64,000 nt of DNA. Source: the human T2T-CHM13v2.0 reference genome, Homo sapiens. This document shows, piece after piece, positions 11,881-28,890 of this stretch. The notes under the pieces are model-generated. The model worked only from the letters and a program-made list of their open reading frames with translations. It searched no databases and was not told where the DNA came from. Position 1 is the stretch's first letter. The number at the start of each line of letters is the position of its first letter. The translations under genes were made by a program, and so were the position numbers. The stretch lies in assembly GCF_009914755.1 (NCBI RefSeq), contig NC_060925.1. One strand, written 5' to 3'.

Positions 11881-14426
11881 CAGAATAATAAAGATAATAT
11901 GAACTTTCAGCTACAGGGGTTACATGTGGCCTGAAAATAAAGCCACATAAAGAAGAACAGAGAGATGAAGGGAAACAGTTCTGATGATGCCACTGTTTGA
12001 AATTCTGAATTCAGTAAAAACTTCAGTGAACTCTATTCCTGGGCTTTTAAGTTATGTGAGGCAATAAAATTCTTTTTTCTTTTCCTAAACCAGTTTGAGT
12101 TGGTTTTCTGTCACTTGAAATCAAACATCCTTACTGATATGGGGCAGGAAAGAAAAGGAAGAGGTAGGGGGGAAAGAGAAGAAAGAGTTCATTGCAAATT
12201 TAATGATCAATCCTAAGCAAATGTGAGAAGGCTGAAGCGGTTATACATGTAGAAGGCTGAGAAGATATGAACTTAGGAAGAGATAGAGTAAACTTTAGAC
12301 ATATTGAGTTTAGGGTTTGTTATATGAATATACATTGTATTTGAATAAAATATACATTTGTATTCAAATATATACATATAGGTTTGGGTTTTAGAGAAGT
12401 CAGGATGAAAGAAAGATTTGGGGATATCTAATATTTTTCCCTTTATCTTTAATATGCATGTTTTTATCTACGGTGTTCTTGGTTTTCTAGATCCTTGGAT
12501 TCCTATACTTCCATGTTCAGCAGAGGAGAGCATAAAGACATCACATTCTTGTCTTTAAGAAACTTTCAAAGTTTTAAGGGTTAGCTCATGTTTATATTGT
12601 GATGGAAAGCAATGTTATTGGCCATAATTGTTGGCAAGACTTTGTAGTGTGATAAAAATGACTCATGCGCGTAGTCTCAAAAGAGAAAGAGAAAATGAGG
12701 TGTCACTGTTTCCCCCCACCCCAACCACATATGCTGGTTGAAGTCTCATTGAAACATCCTAGCCTATAAGAAAGAAGAGCAAGATGTGGTCTCCGAAATG
12801 TTGCAAAACTGAAATGGAGTGTAAAAATATTCATGATTTGTTTTCTACAGTCCTATCCCAAATCCCTAACCCCTTTCTACCTATTTTACTCAAAAGCAGC
12901 TCTTCTAAAATTGAGGAAATAAGCATCTTTGAGTTTCTTGCCTGAAGACATAAATCAAATTGAAAGGCTCTTATCTTCCACTCAGGTTCTTATGCTTCCA
13001 AGACAAAACATGCAGACTTAACCTTTTCATTCATCTTAAATTTTAACATACATGTATATATGCACACTCATGGATGTGTATATGCATATATATTAATATA
13101 TTTGGTCCTTTATTATTGACCAAATACCTAGGTTTCATAGAGATGGATATCATAGAAGCCAGGAAAGATGAATAAGCCAACACTATTAATAGGCAGGTAG
13201 ATCTCATTTTCAGTAGAAACACATAAAGGAAAATTACTGGTGAGAGAGGAGGTCTTGATCCATATGTTGATTAATGCAAATCTTTGAAAACTGCCAAAAG
13301 CGTATAAACTTGAATGCATCAATGGTAGTGGAATAAGGAAGGCAGGGCCATAGAAAGACAGAAACAGACAGAAGGCTCTTGGTGCTTGCAGAATACAGCA
13401 TACAAAAAAGCACGATATAAATTCTGTAAACAAGTAACTGCACAGATTCATAAATCAATATGACTCACTACTATAGACTATTTGCCAGTGACAAAATAAC
13501 TTGGATTCTTTTATAATGTAGAAGTTTATAGTGCATACCAGAAGAATAGTAAATGAAAGACAGTATCAAAGTTTATAAATGCTCTAGATCAGCTAACGAA
13601 AGGTTAACACACTCAACAAGACAGTCAGCCATGCTTGTTTCCAATGCAAATAGCACTATCCAATTTAAAGGTGTCATCTGTAATTTTAAAAATTTAAGCA
13701 GAAAATCCATATTAATTAATAAAAGATGTGCCATATTAATTAATGCTACCATATTAATTAACAAAGGGGAGCACTATAGACTACAGGAACTTCCCAGAAC
13801 CATTAAGGGTCTGGTCCAAATTTTCACCCGGCAGGCAGTTTGCTGAATTTTGCACATATGTGAGTAAGTGGAAAATGTTACAGCTCTGGGTAGATACTAG
13901 TGTGTTTAATGGCTTTCCTGTTAATTGGATTAACTTCATGGGATAGAAGCAGACCAAATCCTGCCAGGTAACAAACTCATTCCTAAGGGCAGTACCTTTC
14001 AGACAATATTATTACATGATTTTGCCAGCCCATTTGCTGGTAACCTAAGACCATGCAAAAGTGAAAAATGCATCTCCAAATATCCATATTACAGCAAACT
14101 ATCTAATGCTCAGAAAGATTATCTGACAAAGGGCATTGCCTGAATATCAAGTCAATTTAACTTCATTTCCAAATACAGTTCCGATTAAACATGTCAGTTT
14201 ATGTAAGTCATTTATTTGCTTTGTCTTTTAATTTCCTTTTTAAAAAACATAGAAATAACCAGCTTATAGAATTAGGGAGGTAAAATGAGATCATTTAATA
14301 TTTATATATTTTCATATTTATATACTAATATATAAATATATAAACATGTTCATTTTAATCACATTCACCTTTTCAATTATATATATTTTATTACTAAGAT
14401 CTTTTATTTTTGACAGAATTGGTTAA

Positions 14427-14724
<298 letters not shown>

Positions 14725-16749
14725 GATTAACTTACTCTTAAAAAAAAATCTTGATCTTTCCATTGCATGGAGTACTTTTTTTTTTCCAGATTGCCATGAC
14801 AAATGTTAGCCTAGGAAGTCATACTATCAGTTACTACTATGACCATCTGACTTTGAGTCTAGCAAATGTAGATTTTAGTTAGTGGCCGTATATCTTTTAA
14901 AACTGTATTTGAAATTTCTACGCTCATGAACAACAGTAATTATATCTAACTTATTAAGTGTATGACTATTATCTTCTCCATTTTATAGATGAGGAAATTG
15001 AGGCTGAGCAGTCTAGTTAATGTATCCAAGTTCAGCAAGTGGCAGATATAGATTCTACTATCCTGTGTGTGTAAGGTGAATAACTATTTTCATATTAGTA
15101 GGAAGTTTTAAGAGACTCCAGTGAAGATGGGGATCATGCACTATGGACTGTATAGTGAGTGATTGAAGGAGCAGGTTTAAATATAAACTCTGCCCTTGGC
15201 AACGTATGGTCTTGGGAAAATCACAGAAACTCCTAAGCCTTGTTTTTTCATCTGTGAAATGGAGCTGATAACCTCTACCTGACTACATTTCTGTGCAGTT
15301 AAATGAGATGTTTCATTACATTTCAATTTTGGCATTTTTTTGGTCAATGAAGTTTTAAAACAAAGCTAGATTTTTTTTTTCAGCATTAAAAACATAAGAT
15401 TTATATAAAAATTCTCAAGTATCTACAAGTAATTTATTTCTTGACATTATACAAAGTCAGCATAAAATTTTAAGCCATTTCAATGTATTGACAAAGCTCT
15501 ACCATAAGTATTTTATAAGATAAAGTTGTGATGCTGTCATAGGATAATGTAACATCTTAGTTACTGTTTTCTTATTATTGAAATTATCCATATGTTATAA
15601 AGTATAATTTGATTAGATGAGTTCTGATACAAACATTTTTTAACTGAATACATATTAAACATTGTATTTAACTCACTATTAATGAGGGAATGGTTAAGAT
15701 TTACAAGTAGTCCCGGTATGAACATTTTAATCTTAAAAATACATGAGACAAAATATGAAATATATTCAAAACATTTGTTTTTTAGTGTTTCACTATAGGA
15801 TGTTTTTAAATGAGAAAAACAGTAATTGAATACTTATTCATTGAAGAGTCACTATTTCATTTTATCCTCACAATAACCTTAACCTTAGGTGGTACAAACT
15901 ATTTTAATACCAACTTTACAGATTGGGAAGTTGAGGTTTGGATGTCTGAGGTGACAAGCAATTAAGAGGCAGCAGGGTGTCAAACTTCAAATACATACTA
16001 ATCCTCAAACTTTGGGGGTAAGGAAGGTCACATATAGTTGGAATAGTAGTGGGAGGCCTTCCTAGGAGGGTCTTGAATTCCATTTTAATTTGTTAAAACG
16101 TGGAGAAATCTTGAGGGTTTTATAACAATGGAGAAATATGATAGGATATGCAGGTTGGCAAGCAATCTAGGAGAGTGCTTGCATGAGTGGGAGTGAGATA
16201 TTCCTACAAGAGCTGGATAATACATAATGGAAGAATGAATCATGGCAGTGTGTACGATGGAAAACTGGAGAAAGCCTTAGGAGATGTTTTAGAGGTAAAA
16301 TTGTTAGACATGGTAACTGACTGGATGGAACAGTATGGAACAGAAAAAGTAGGGAAATAACTATTTTGATATTGGAATTAAGTTAAAAATATTTAAATAC
16401 AGCAAGTGCTCAGGTACTCAGAAGTCCAACTTACAGGTATAGATGTTGGCATTAACTGTACAGAAAAGGTGATAACACCAGTCAGAGTGGGAGAGGGGGA
16501 AGACATCCCAAGGAGCATCTTGCAGATTGCTTCTGGTTCATGGTTCCTATAGATTTTAGCTATTGTCTTTTACTATCCTACCTCAGCTTACCTTTGCAGT
16601 CATTTAAGTAACTCAGGCTCTCCAATCTCTTGACGTTTGCAATTGCTGTTTCACCTCTGGAACACACTCTCTATTCTTCATGCCATTGGTTTCTTCCCAC
16701 CCATCAGGACTTACCTGCCCACACTAGAAGGAATAAGTACCTTCCTCAA

Positions 16750-16948
16750 CTCCATCTCAGGCCTTGTTGTTACTGCCAGAGCACTTATCATAGTTTGCAC
16801 TTAATTTATTTGCTTGATTTTTGTATCATCCACTAAGAGGCCCACCCAGTAAGGCAGGAGCCATGTTTGTCTTGTTCATAGTTGAATCCCTATCAGCTAG
16901 GAAGTGCTTGGCATAAAGAAGTTACTTAATATTTTTGAATGAGTGAAC
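16750..16948 (+). mobile_element. L2 3' end
   Basis: aaggcaggagccatgtttgtcttgttcat..gtgcttggcataaag..atttttgaatgagtgaa. Confidence 0.7.
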
Positions 16949-17548
16949 AAAGTGCGGATTCTGATTCCTTGAGGGATTCTAGTGTGATCCAAACCTGTCT
17001 CTCTGTCTCCACCTTACTTCCAACCACGTTCCTTTTGTCCTAGCTAATTCAAGCTTTTGTGGTTTTCCAAACATTCCAGACTTCTCAAACTTCTGTGCTC
17101 TCTCTTGTTTTCACTGCTTGAGGTGTCCTTCTCTTGTTACCTATTTAGGAAATTCCTTTATGAGCTCATATTCAGAAAGATTAAATAATCTGTCCAAGAT
17201 GATACAGATAATGAGTGGCAGCTGTCATATTCAATCCAGTTCTGTTTATTCCAAAGCCCAAATTTTAATCACTGTGCAATACTGATAATCACGTTAAAAA
17301 TATTATATTTTATGAAAAATCAATGTATCCCAAATTAAAGAGATATGTTTTAATCAAGTTGTTGAATACATGAGAAAACTTCTAAATAAAAGAGCCAAAG
17401 TTTAAAAAAAAAACAAACTTGGCTTAATTGTCACCTTGTTAAGAGAGTATACCTTTGATGTCCCTGCTCTCAAGATTGCTTTCCTAGCATTTACCATATG
17501 TTACCTACTATTTCCCCTGTACATTGTAAGCACCTTGAAGTTAGGGAG

Positions 17549-17934
17549 TGCCGTGGTCTGAATGTCTATGTTTCCTCAAAATTCATATGTTGAAATTTCC
17601 ATATCCAAGGCGATGGTATTAAGAGGTACAGCTTTTGAGAGGTGATTAAATCAGGAAGGTGGAACCCTCCTTAATGACATTAGTGCCCTCATAAATAGGC
17701 CCAAGGGAGCCTGTTCATCCCTCTACCATGTGAGGACACAGCCATAAGGTGCAATCTCTGTACCATAAAACAGTCCCTCGCCAGACCTCGAATCTACTGG
17801 CACCTTGATCTTGGAATTCCCAGCCTCTGGAACTGTGAGAAATGTTTTTTTTTGTTGTTGTTGTTTGTTTTTTGCTGTTTATAAGCTACATAATTTATGG
17901 TAATTTGTTATAGCAGCCCTAACAGATTAAGACA
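17549..17934 (+). mobile_element. MLT1A0-type MaLR solo LTR
   Basis: tgccgtggtctgaatg..cagattaagaca termini; 5-bp TSD gggag/aggag. Confidence 0.88.
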
Positions 17935-18228
17935 AGGAGCATTCATCATTCGAGTTCATACCCTCAGCCCTTAGTCCAGTGCTTGGTTCACTGTATAATA
18001 GCTGCTTCATAAATATTTGTTGAATAAATAAATGGTTGGTTGAACAAAAGGATGAAGGCATGTAGCATATTAGACATAACCAAGGGCACCTACAAACATA
18101 TCTAAACAGTTATATGACCTGGAACAAGTTAGTTAGACTCTTTAAGCACCTATGTCTTCATTTTTAAATGGAAAAAAATATAGCACTTACCTGTGATCTT
18201 TATAACATTCCAATGTAATAATACATGT

Positions 18229-18701
18229 TGTATTAGTCATGATTGTCCAGAGAAACATAACTGATACACTTTATTTAGTTAAAAAAATTCATTTGTTATT
18301 TTAAGGAATGAACACACATAATTGTGGAAGCTTGATGAGTCCCAACTTTGACAGGGGAAGCCTGCAAGCTGGCCTCTCAGAAAAGAGCTATAGTTCAAGT
18401 CCAAAGGCAGTCTGATATACAACCAGAAAGAGCCAATGATGTAGATGAAGGCTGAAGGTAGTCTGCTGGAGAATTCCTTCCTGCTCGAGGGAGGTCAGCC
18501 TTTGTTCTAGCCAGGCCTTCCACTGGTTGGATGAGGCCCACCCACATTATGAAGGGCAATTTGCTTTCCTCAGAGTCCACTAATTTTAATGTAAATCTAA
18601 CCCCAAAACACACACCTTCACAGAAACATGGAGAGTAATGCTTGACTAAGTGTCTGGGTACTGCAGCCCAGCTAAGCTGACACATAAAATTAACTATCAT
18701 A
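18229..18701 (-). mobile_element. MLT2 (ERVL) solo LTR, nested in a MIR
   Basis: tgtattagtc..tccagagaaaca..gctgacacataaaattaactatcata; TSD catgt/tatgt; MIR-like sequence on both flanks. Confidence 0.85.
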
Positions 18702-19834
18702 TATGTAGAACATTTAGTACAGCTTCTCAGACATTCGTTAGGAAGTGCTCACTAACCACACTCTCTGGTCTGGTCTTATGTCCCCAATCATGTCTGGAGG
18801 TAAGGTGCCATGAGAATGTGTGTGTTAGGGTCAATGGCTCCTGGTGTGTTGCTGGATGGGAATAATGTGGTTTTCATTCTTCCTTATTCTGAGTCTCTCT
18901 GTAAATAACATATGTAAAATTGAGTTATGTTTTCTACACACAACATGGATAAGAAAGACTTCTTGGTATGAAATAGAAAGTGAATACAACAGAAAGAAAT
19001 GTGTGTAAGGAAGAAACTAGTATAAAATCATGGATTGCCATGGCCTAACCCTGGTCACTTGTAGTTCTCCACAGTAGTTACAGAAACAGTTAAAGTATTT
19101 TGCCCTCTCTTTCTCAGAAAAAAATGCAAAGGTCATGATTATTTCTTTAATCTCGATCAAGGAAATTTCTGCCTGGCATTTGGCATTCAGTATCTTGAAG
19201 AGGACTCAGGTGTGTACATACATGGGATATCTTTTATAATATTCCCAGAAGGCTACTAAACTCCCAGAACTCCCAGAGTGAAAAACTCTCATCAGATTCA
19301 GGTAGGGGGTAAGACATTATGATGGCATCCATGTAGCCCTGGTAAATCTCTTTTCTAGATTACTGGAACTGTTTTCTAAGTGTTACCAACTCCAAAAGTT
19401 AAAATCCCTCACCACGACAAGAGTGCAAAGAGAGTCAATTTATATGAGTCAATAATATCACATAACTATCTAAGCAGTAATATTAAGTGAGGTGTGTACT
19501 TCCTACAGTGAGACTGGCACTTTCAGACAGGCAGGCAGGCTGCCACTTTCCATTTGTCCCTGCCCATGGGCCATTGCAAGAATCCTGGCCTGTTCCCAGT
19601 AAAAGATGCCTTTTGGCAGAATAGAATCTAATTCAGTAGGTAAAGATGGGTAAGAAGGACAGGAAGTGAAACATTTGAGTGACTGCACTATTATCACCCT
19701 TATTTTACTTAAACTAACATGAGTTTTATATCTGGATGGAATGCTCTATAGGACTAACCAAAAACTGCTCTATCTCAAAATCTAAATTGTTTATATGAAA
19801 TTATATTTGCAAATGAGGCAGCAAAAGACCATAT

Positions 19835-21039
19835 TTAAAATGCTTTATGATATTTTATTTGATATTATTCAGTAATACAGGTTTTGTGGCAAATATGCAT
19901 TTCTAAAAGTGCATAATGAAACATTTTATTTTTCTAGCTCTTGAATTTGTCATAGAAATAAGCCATAGATTGTTACTTTCTGATTTACTACTTATAGATT
20001 CATATTGAAGATGCCATGAAGAGGAGATAAATGAGTTTATATGACACTATTTACTGATTATGAAAATAGAGAAATACAAAAATATTATCTAATAATAACA
20101 AAAAATATATTTCTTTTAAACATAAACACTAAAACAGAGAGTAGTCAAACTGATTTGGCACACTTAATATATATTATCAACATTATATTTTTCATTCTTG
20201 AATAATGAAGCATTGCATACTTTGAGCTTTGTTCAAACATTAGTTGCTATAATCATGAAGGTGACTATTAAAACCAGTCAGAGCCCATATGTGCACAGTA
20301 AAAGAGTGGTAACCAGGATCTATCCTATCATCTCATTTTGTTAGGAACATAGTTTAAAGAGAAATGCCATTAAAAGAGGATGAGTTTGTACACCCATCTC
20401 ACGCATGAGTAGTGAATGGTATTTAGTTAGTAAATATTCTCCCTATCCTCTATCCAACACCAAAAATAAGCAATTTCAGCGAAGGGGATTTTACTTAATA
20501 AAGTTCTACAAACTCAATTTTAGGCTTTCTTATCCTGCCATAGCAAATAATTTTTTGACTTTCTTCATTTGTACTTTATGGAGCTAACTACATTTTCTTA
20601 GAAACAGCATTAAAATTAAAGGTAATTTTTAATGATAAAATGTTTCCTTGGATACATTTTCTTGTATGTTAAAGAGTACTTTGTTTCAAAATGCTTAATT
20701 TCACTTACAATTAGAAATCAAATATGGAGCACAGCATAGGGCAATTTGGAAACTGTCACACTAATTGCCACAAAAAAGTTAATTTTTCACATAAGACAAC
20801 TGGCAGTGAACATCCAATTAACTGCCACACAGTTATTTAACTACTATCCTCAGAAAAGAATTATTCTATTTTATGACCACTAATTGAATGGTCATTGACA
20901 TGAGACATTTTTTACACTTACAAATGTATTTTGAAATTACATATTTTTATTTAGAAAATGTATATTTGTTTTAATTTGGAAAGAGCTGAACACAAGGATC
21001 ATGATTTTAAAAGATCAGCATATGTAGGTGACATGAAAG

Positions 21040-21066
<27 letters not shown>
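19835..21066 (-). other. DPYD: DPYD 3' UTR (about 1.2 kb, AU-rich)
   Basis: Sequence with no recognisable repeats between the stop codon and the distal AATAAA signals. The 3' end is estimated about 20 nt past the AATAAA at 19854-19859. Confidence 0.85.
19854..19859 (-). terminator. Distal polyadenylation signal AATAAA of DPYD (a second AATAAA lies at 19925-19930)
   Basis: Plus-strand TTTATT. It is followed on the minus strand by a U/GU-rich element (ATGGTCTTTTGC). Confidence 0.75.
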
Positions 21067-24562
<3,496 letters not shown>

Positions 24563-27500
24563 CTAAAAATAGCCACTGAATTACTTAGCAAGCTCATTTT
24601 AAAACATTTTCATGTAATAATTAATATCACTCAGCATTTTCCTGTTTTTATACAATGTTGCATTATATTAACTTGGGAGACTGGATAGTATAATTCTCAT
24701 AGATAAGCTTTTTATGATAATTATAGCTTAGATGTTTGTCTTCTGAAAGATGGGCAATATGCATGCCTGGCTTAGAAATACGAGACCTAATTAACTGCAT
24801 TCAATAGGTTTTTGACTGGATAATTTAAAACAGCATTTCTGTGGACAGAAAGAATAAATGACACCCGTGTGAGTTGTTATGGCTAACTTTTTCTCATTTT
24901 TGGACCTTGAAGGACCAAAAGTAATACAAAGTGACAAAGGGTAATACACTATGCTAGAAAAGTTTAGATTGCTCTTAATGAAGGGAATACGAGTGTGAAT
25001 GTTATGCATTTATTTCACTGCATGAGGATTTTAGATTTTAATTTAAAAAGTGCTGTGATAGAATACTCACCTGTCATGTCTTGAAGAGTATGCAACATTA
25101 TTTAAAAATTCTAATTTATGTTAATCGCTTAGGTTGATCCAATAATTAAGTCAGATGCTCTTTTACTTTAAAGAACTAGAATTTTCTTCATTCACCATTG
25201 AAGATCTTTCATGTGATTACACATTGCTTTGTTCTTCATACTAATTGGGAGTGTGCCTAATATGTGAAGCACAGACTATGTTTCATCAACAATAAGAAAC
25301 ATTTTGCTTCATAAAACAAAACAAAAGAATGTAGCAATGTCAAATTAGCATGCTGTCAAGATTTTTGCTTTTGTTTTTAACTATTAACATGAGAATCTTG
25401 TTTGAATTCAAGGTCCATGTTCAAGGAGGTTTGACTCTTAGTTAAAATCATCTTTCCATATTCTCTTTGGTATTGCATTTTCTGCTATTTTTATAATCTT
25501 GCTTACTCTTCTTTACTTTTTTTTCTATTTGATCTCTAAATTATAATATACTCATTATCATGGAATTTCAAACTGAGACAAAGTTTACATTTTTATACAG
25601 TTCCTTTGTGTATCTTTCAAGTGATAAGATGCTAGAAAACTTCCAATATTGTCTTCCCTATTTTCTTTATAATGCATTGAAGTTATAATTTCAACTACAC
25701 TGCAGTCTGTTTGTAGGTGGGCACTTGACATCCAAATCAATATTTCCATTTTGAAATGCTCCCATAAACTCAAGATCTACATTTATCAGCTGCATAATGA
25801 GCACTGTCATTAGAGATTGGTACTTCAGATTCTCTACTCACTGAACTTATCATCAACAACACGAACTGGGTCTTCCTTTGTATTTCTTTAGTTTTGTGAA
25901 TAGCATTACGATTTTTCCAATCACGGAGTCTTGGAATTTCATAGTTATATGTCACTACATAACTTGCTCCAATATCTCCTATCTGTTGCCAAGTCTGGGT
26001 TCCAGATGTGCAATATCTTTTGAATCCTTTCCATGTTTACTGCCATCTTTAAACATTATTAATGAATTTCTCATTAATTTTAATGCAATTGTAAGAGACT
26101 ACTTGATAAGTTTCATCCTCACATTCTTCCTTTCCCACTCTACCCTGGGCAATGCTGCCACCTTAATCTAGGATGTAAGACACAGACTAAATTTCTCACT
26201 ACCTTATTCAAAAATCTGTTGAATTAGGCACAGGCTTACCACGCTGGCATTTAAGGCTTTCTGCAAACATGTCTTTTTCTATCTTATTTCTCAGTTTCAA
26301 ACACCATGCACTTCAGCTACACTGGAGGACACACTTTTCAACTGACCCATCTGAGATCTAACATTAGGTTAAATCCTCTGTCTAAGATACCTTTCATTCC
26401 TAACTCCACTTTGCAAAATCCCAAGCATCCTTCAAAGACATCTCGAATGCCACTACTTCATGAAGATTTCCTTAATCCTTCCTTCTTCTTTCCTAACCAA
26501 ATGTGAGGACGTGATCTCTCTTTCTTCCTCTTTCTCACCTTTTCCCCTTTTCCTCCCTTCCTTGCCCTCTCTCCTCCATATCCTCTTTCTTAAAAATTTT
26601 TTTTGATGGCCAATATCTATTATATGGAACTAATGACAACAGATACCTTTTGAGTTCTTAATATATTTCAGGCCAGTGCCATATGTTTTACACATTTTCT
26701 CACTTAAACCTCATGCATTTAATAGTCGATGATGTGACTGAGATTTAAAGTACCCAATTAAGTAAATGATGAAGCAGGGATTGAGAACCAGTGTTGCCTG
26801 ACTTTAAATACCACGATCATCAGCACTCTGCTATGCTGACTCATTTGTTATTCTGTATTTAGCAAATTCTAATTCATGTTATGGATATTTTCTACATTTA
26901 GCTTCCCATGTTGTGGTCTCTTAGTAAGCTTTAATTCATCTGTGTATCTCATGTGGTGTATCCTGTTTCTGGAGATCATTGAAACACAATGGGTACTCAA
27001 ATATTTGTTAACATAAATATAAATTTTATATATCTATACACTAAACCTATAATATGGTAGTAGGCACATAGTGGGATGAAGTAATAGCTATTTTACTGAA
27101 CATTTTTATTGATACGAGTATTTTAAATACAAAATAATCATAGTCAAAGTATCTGGATATGTGTAATATTTCCCAGTACTATTTTAAAATAATAAATTCA
27201 AGAGGTCACTATCTGGCTGTAAAAGCCCATTTATATGTGATAGAAAATAATTTTTTAAATCTAGTAAATAAATCAACCCAAAGAGTTGTTTCACTGAATC
27301 AGATAATGGTGACTAAAATCATCAATAAATATTCAAATGATGATTATACAGGAAACTCTCTAGGCAGTCAACAAGTGTATAAGCCTTCTTCAAAAGAAAC
27401 GTTGTATATGCCTTAGAAATTTTACGTGGAGCAAGTCCACATTCTGTGTACATTAAATATGCCTTTTCCTCTAAATTGGAGATTTGCTTTTGTCATTTAT

Positions 27501-28124
27501 TAAAACATCATTGTTTAATGTGAAGCCAATGTGGAGCCTCTAGAAGTTATTAGCACATGGTGTTAACAATTCATCCCTTATTAAGTACAATTTTTTAAGA
27601 AAATTATATTTTTTTCTTTATCTGGAAGAGGATAAAAGAATGACAACTATTTTAAATCATTTTGGGAAAGAGTAGCAAAAAAAATTATTCCATGTGGCTA
27701 AGAATGTGGACATTTGTTTTAATCCCAAAGCCTCCAGGTAGTACTACCAGCTTATGAATACCCTTGAGTAGATGTCCTGGAATCTGGAGTTGGCTGAAAG
27801 ATGCATAAAATCAGTAAGTCACATATGGCTAGTCTCCAGCCCCTCTTGTACACACATCTGTGGAGATCAGGGAACCCATATTCATTATTCCAATTCATTA
27901 TTACACCCATTTGGATGTATGAAGGTTCAGCAGTATGGTGTAGCCATCCCTGATTAGTGGAAATGGTTATATGTAGATATGTATGTGGAGAAAGCAATGT
28001 TAAATCTTTTAAATTATAGATGATAACACTTAATTTTAATGTAGGTGTTCAAGGAATGGATGTTGCAAAGTACTACAGAATTCCAAGATCCCATTATTAT
28101 CAATTTATTACTTGTTTGAGATAA

Positions 28125-28484
<360 letters not shown>

Positions 28485-28694
28485 TGATATAAAGTTTAAG
28501 GCCAAAGAGTGAGGAACTAGACAGCCCTGATTCCGTCCCTGATGTTTCATTCTGAATTTATTACGACTAATATTAATTTATTAGTTTTGGCCTATTTTTA
28601 ATAGCTGATGGAAGTATTTTCAAACTGTGATTATCTAGCATGTTAGCTGTTCTTTCTAGCTTCAAGTCTTCATATTTGATTAGCATGTATCATA

Positions 28695-28890
28695 TCAGTT
28701 TCTACTGCATGCCTATGGCTCTCGCCCTATCTTAAAGTAAAACAAAAGTCATAAGATGAACCATTGTAAGTCACACTATCGTAAAGTAGAAAGAAAAATC
28801 ATAAGATGAACCATTGTTAAGTTCTTAATATGAACCATTGTAAAATAAAAAAAAATCATAAGATAAACCATTGTAGGTCAGGACTGTCTG
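28695..28890 (+). mobile_element. MER47A/Tigger5-like terminus with an internally amplified subterminal repeat
   Basis: cagtttctactgcatgcctatggctctcgc..tcataagatgaaccattgtaagtc..aggtcaggactgtctg resembles the MER47A 3' end as recalled. Confidence 0.65.

Noticed and set aside
28749-28874. CRISPR-like repeat-spacer appearance (also the LTR12 units at 38625-38760)
   Set aside because: This is eukaryotic DNA with no cas genes. The spacers are irregular or related to each other, and both arrays are explained by transposon sequence.
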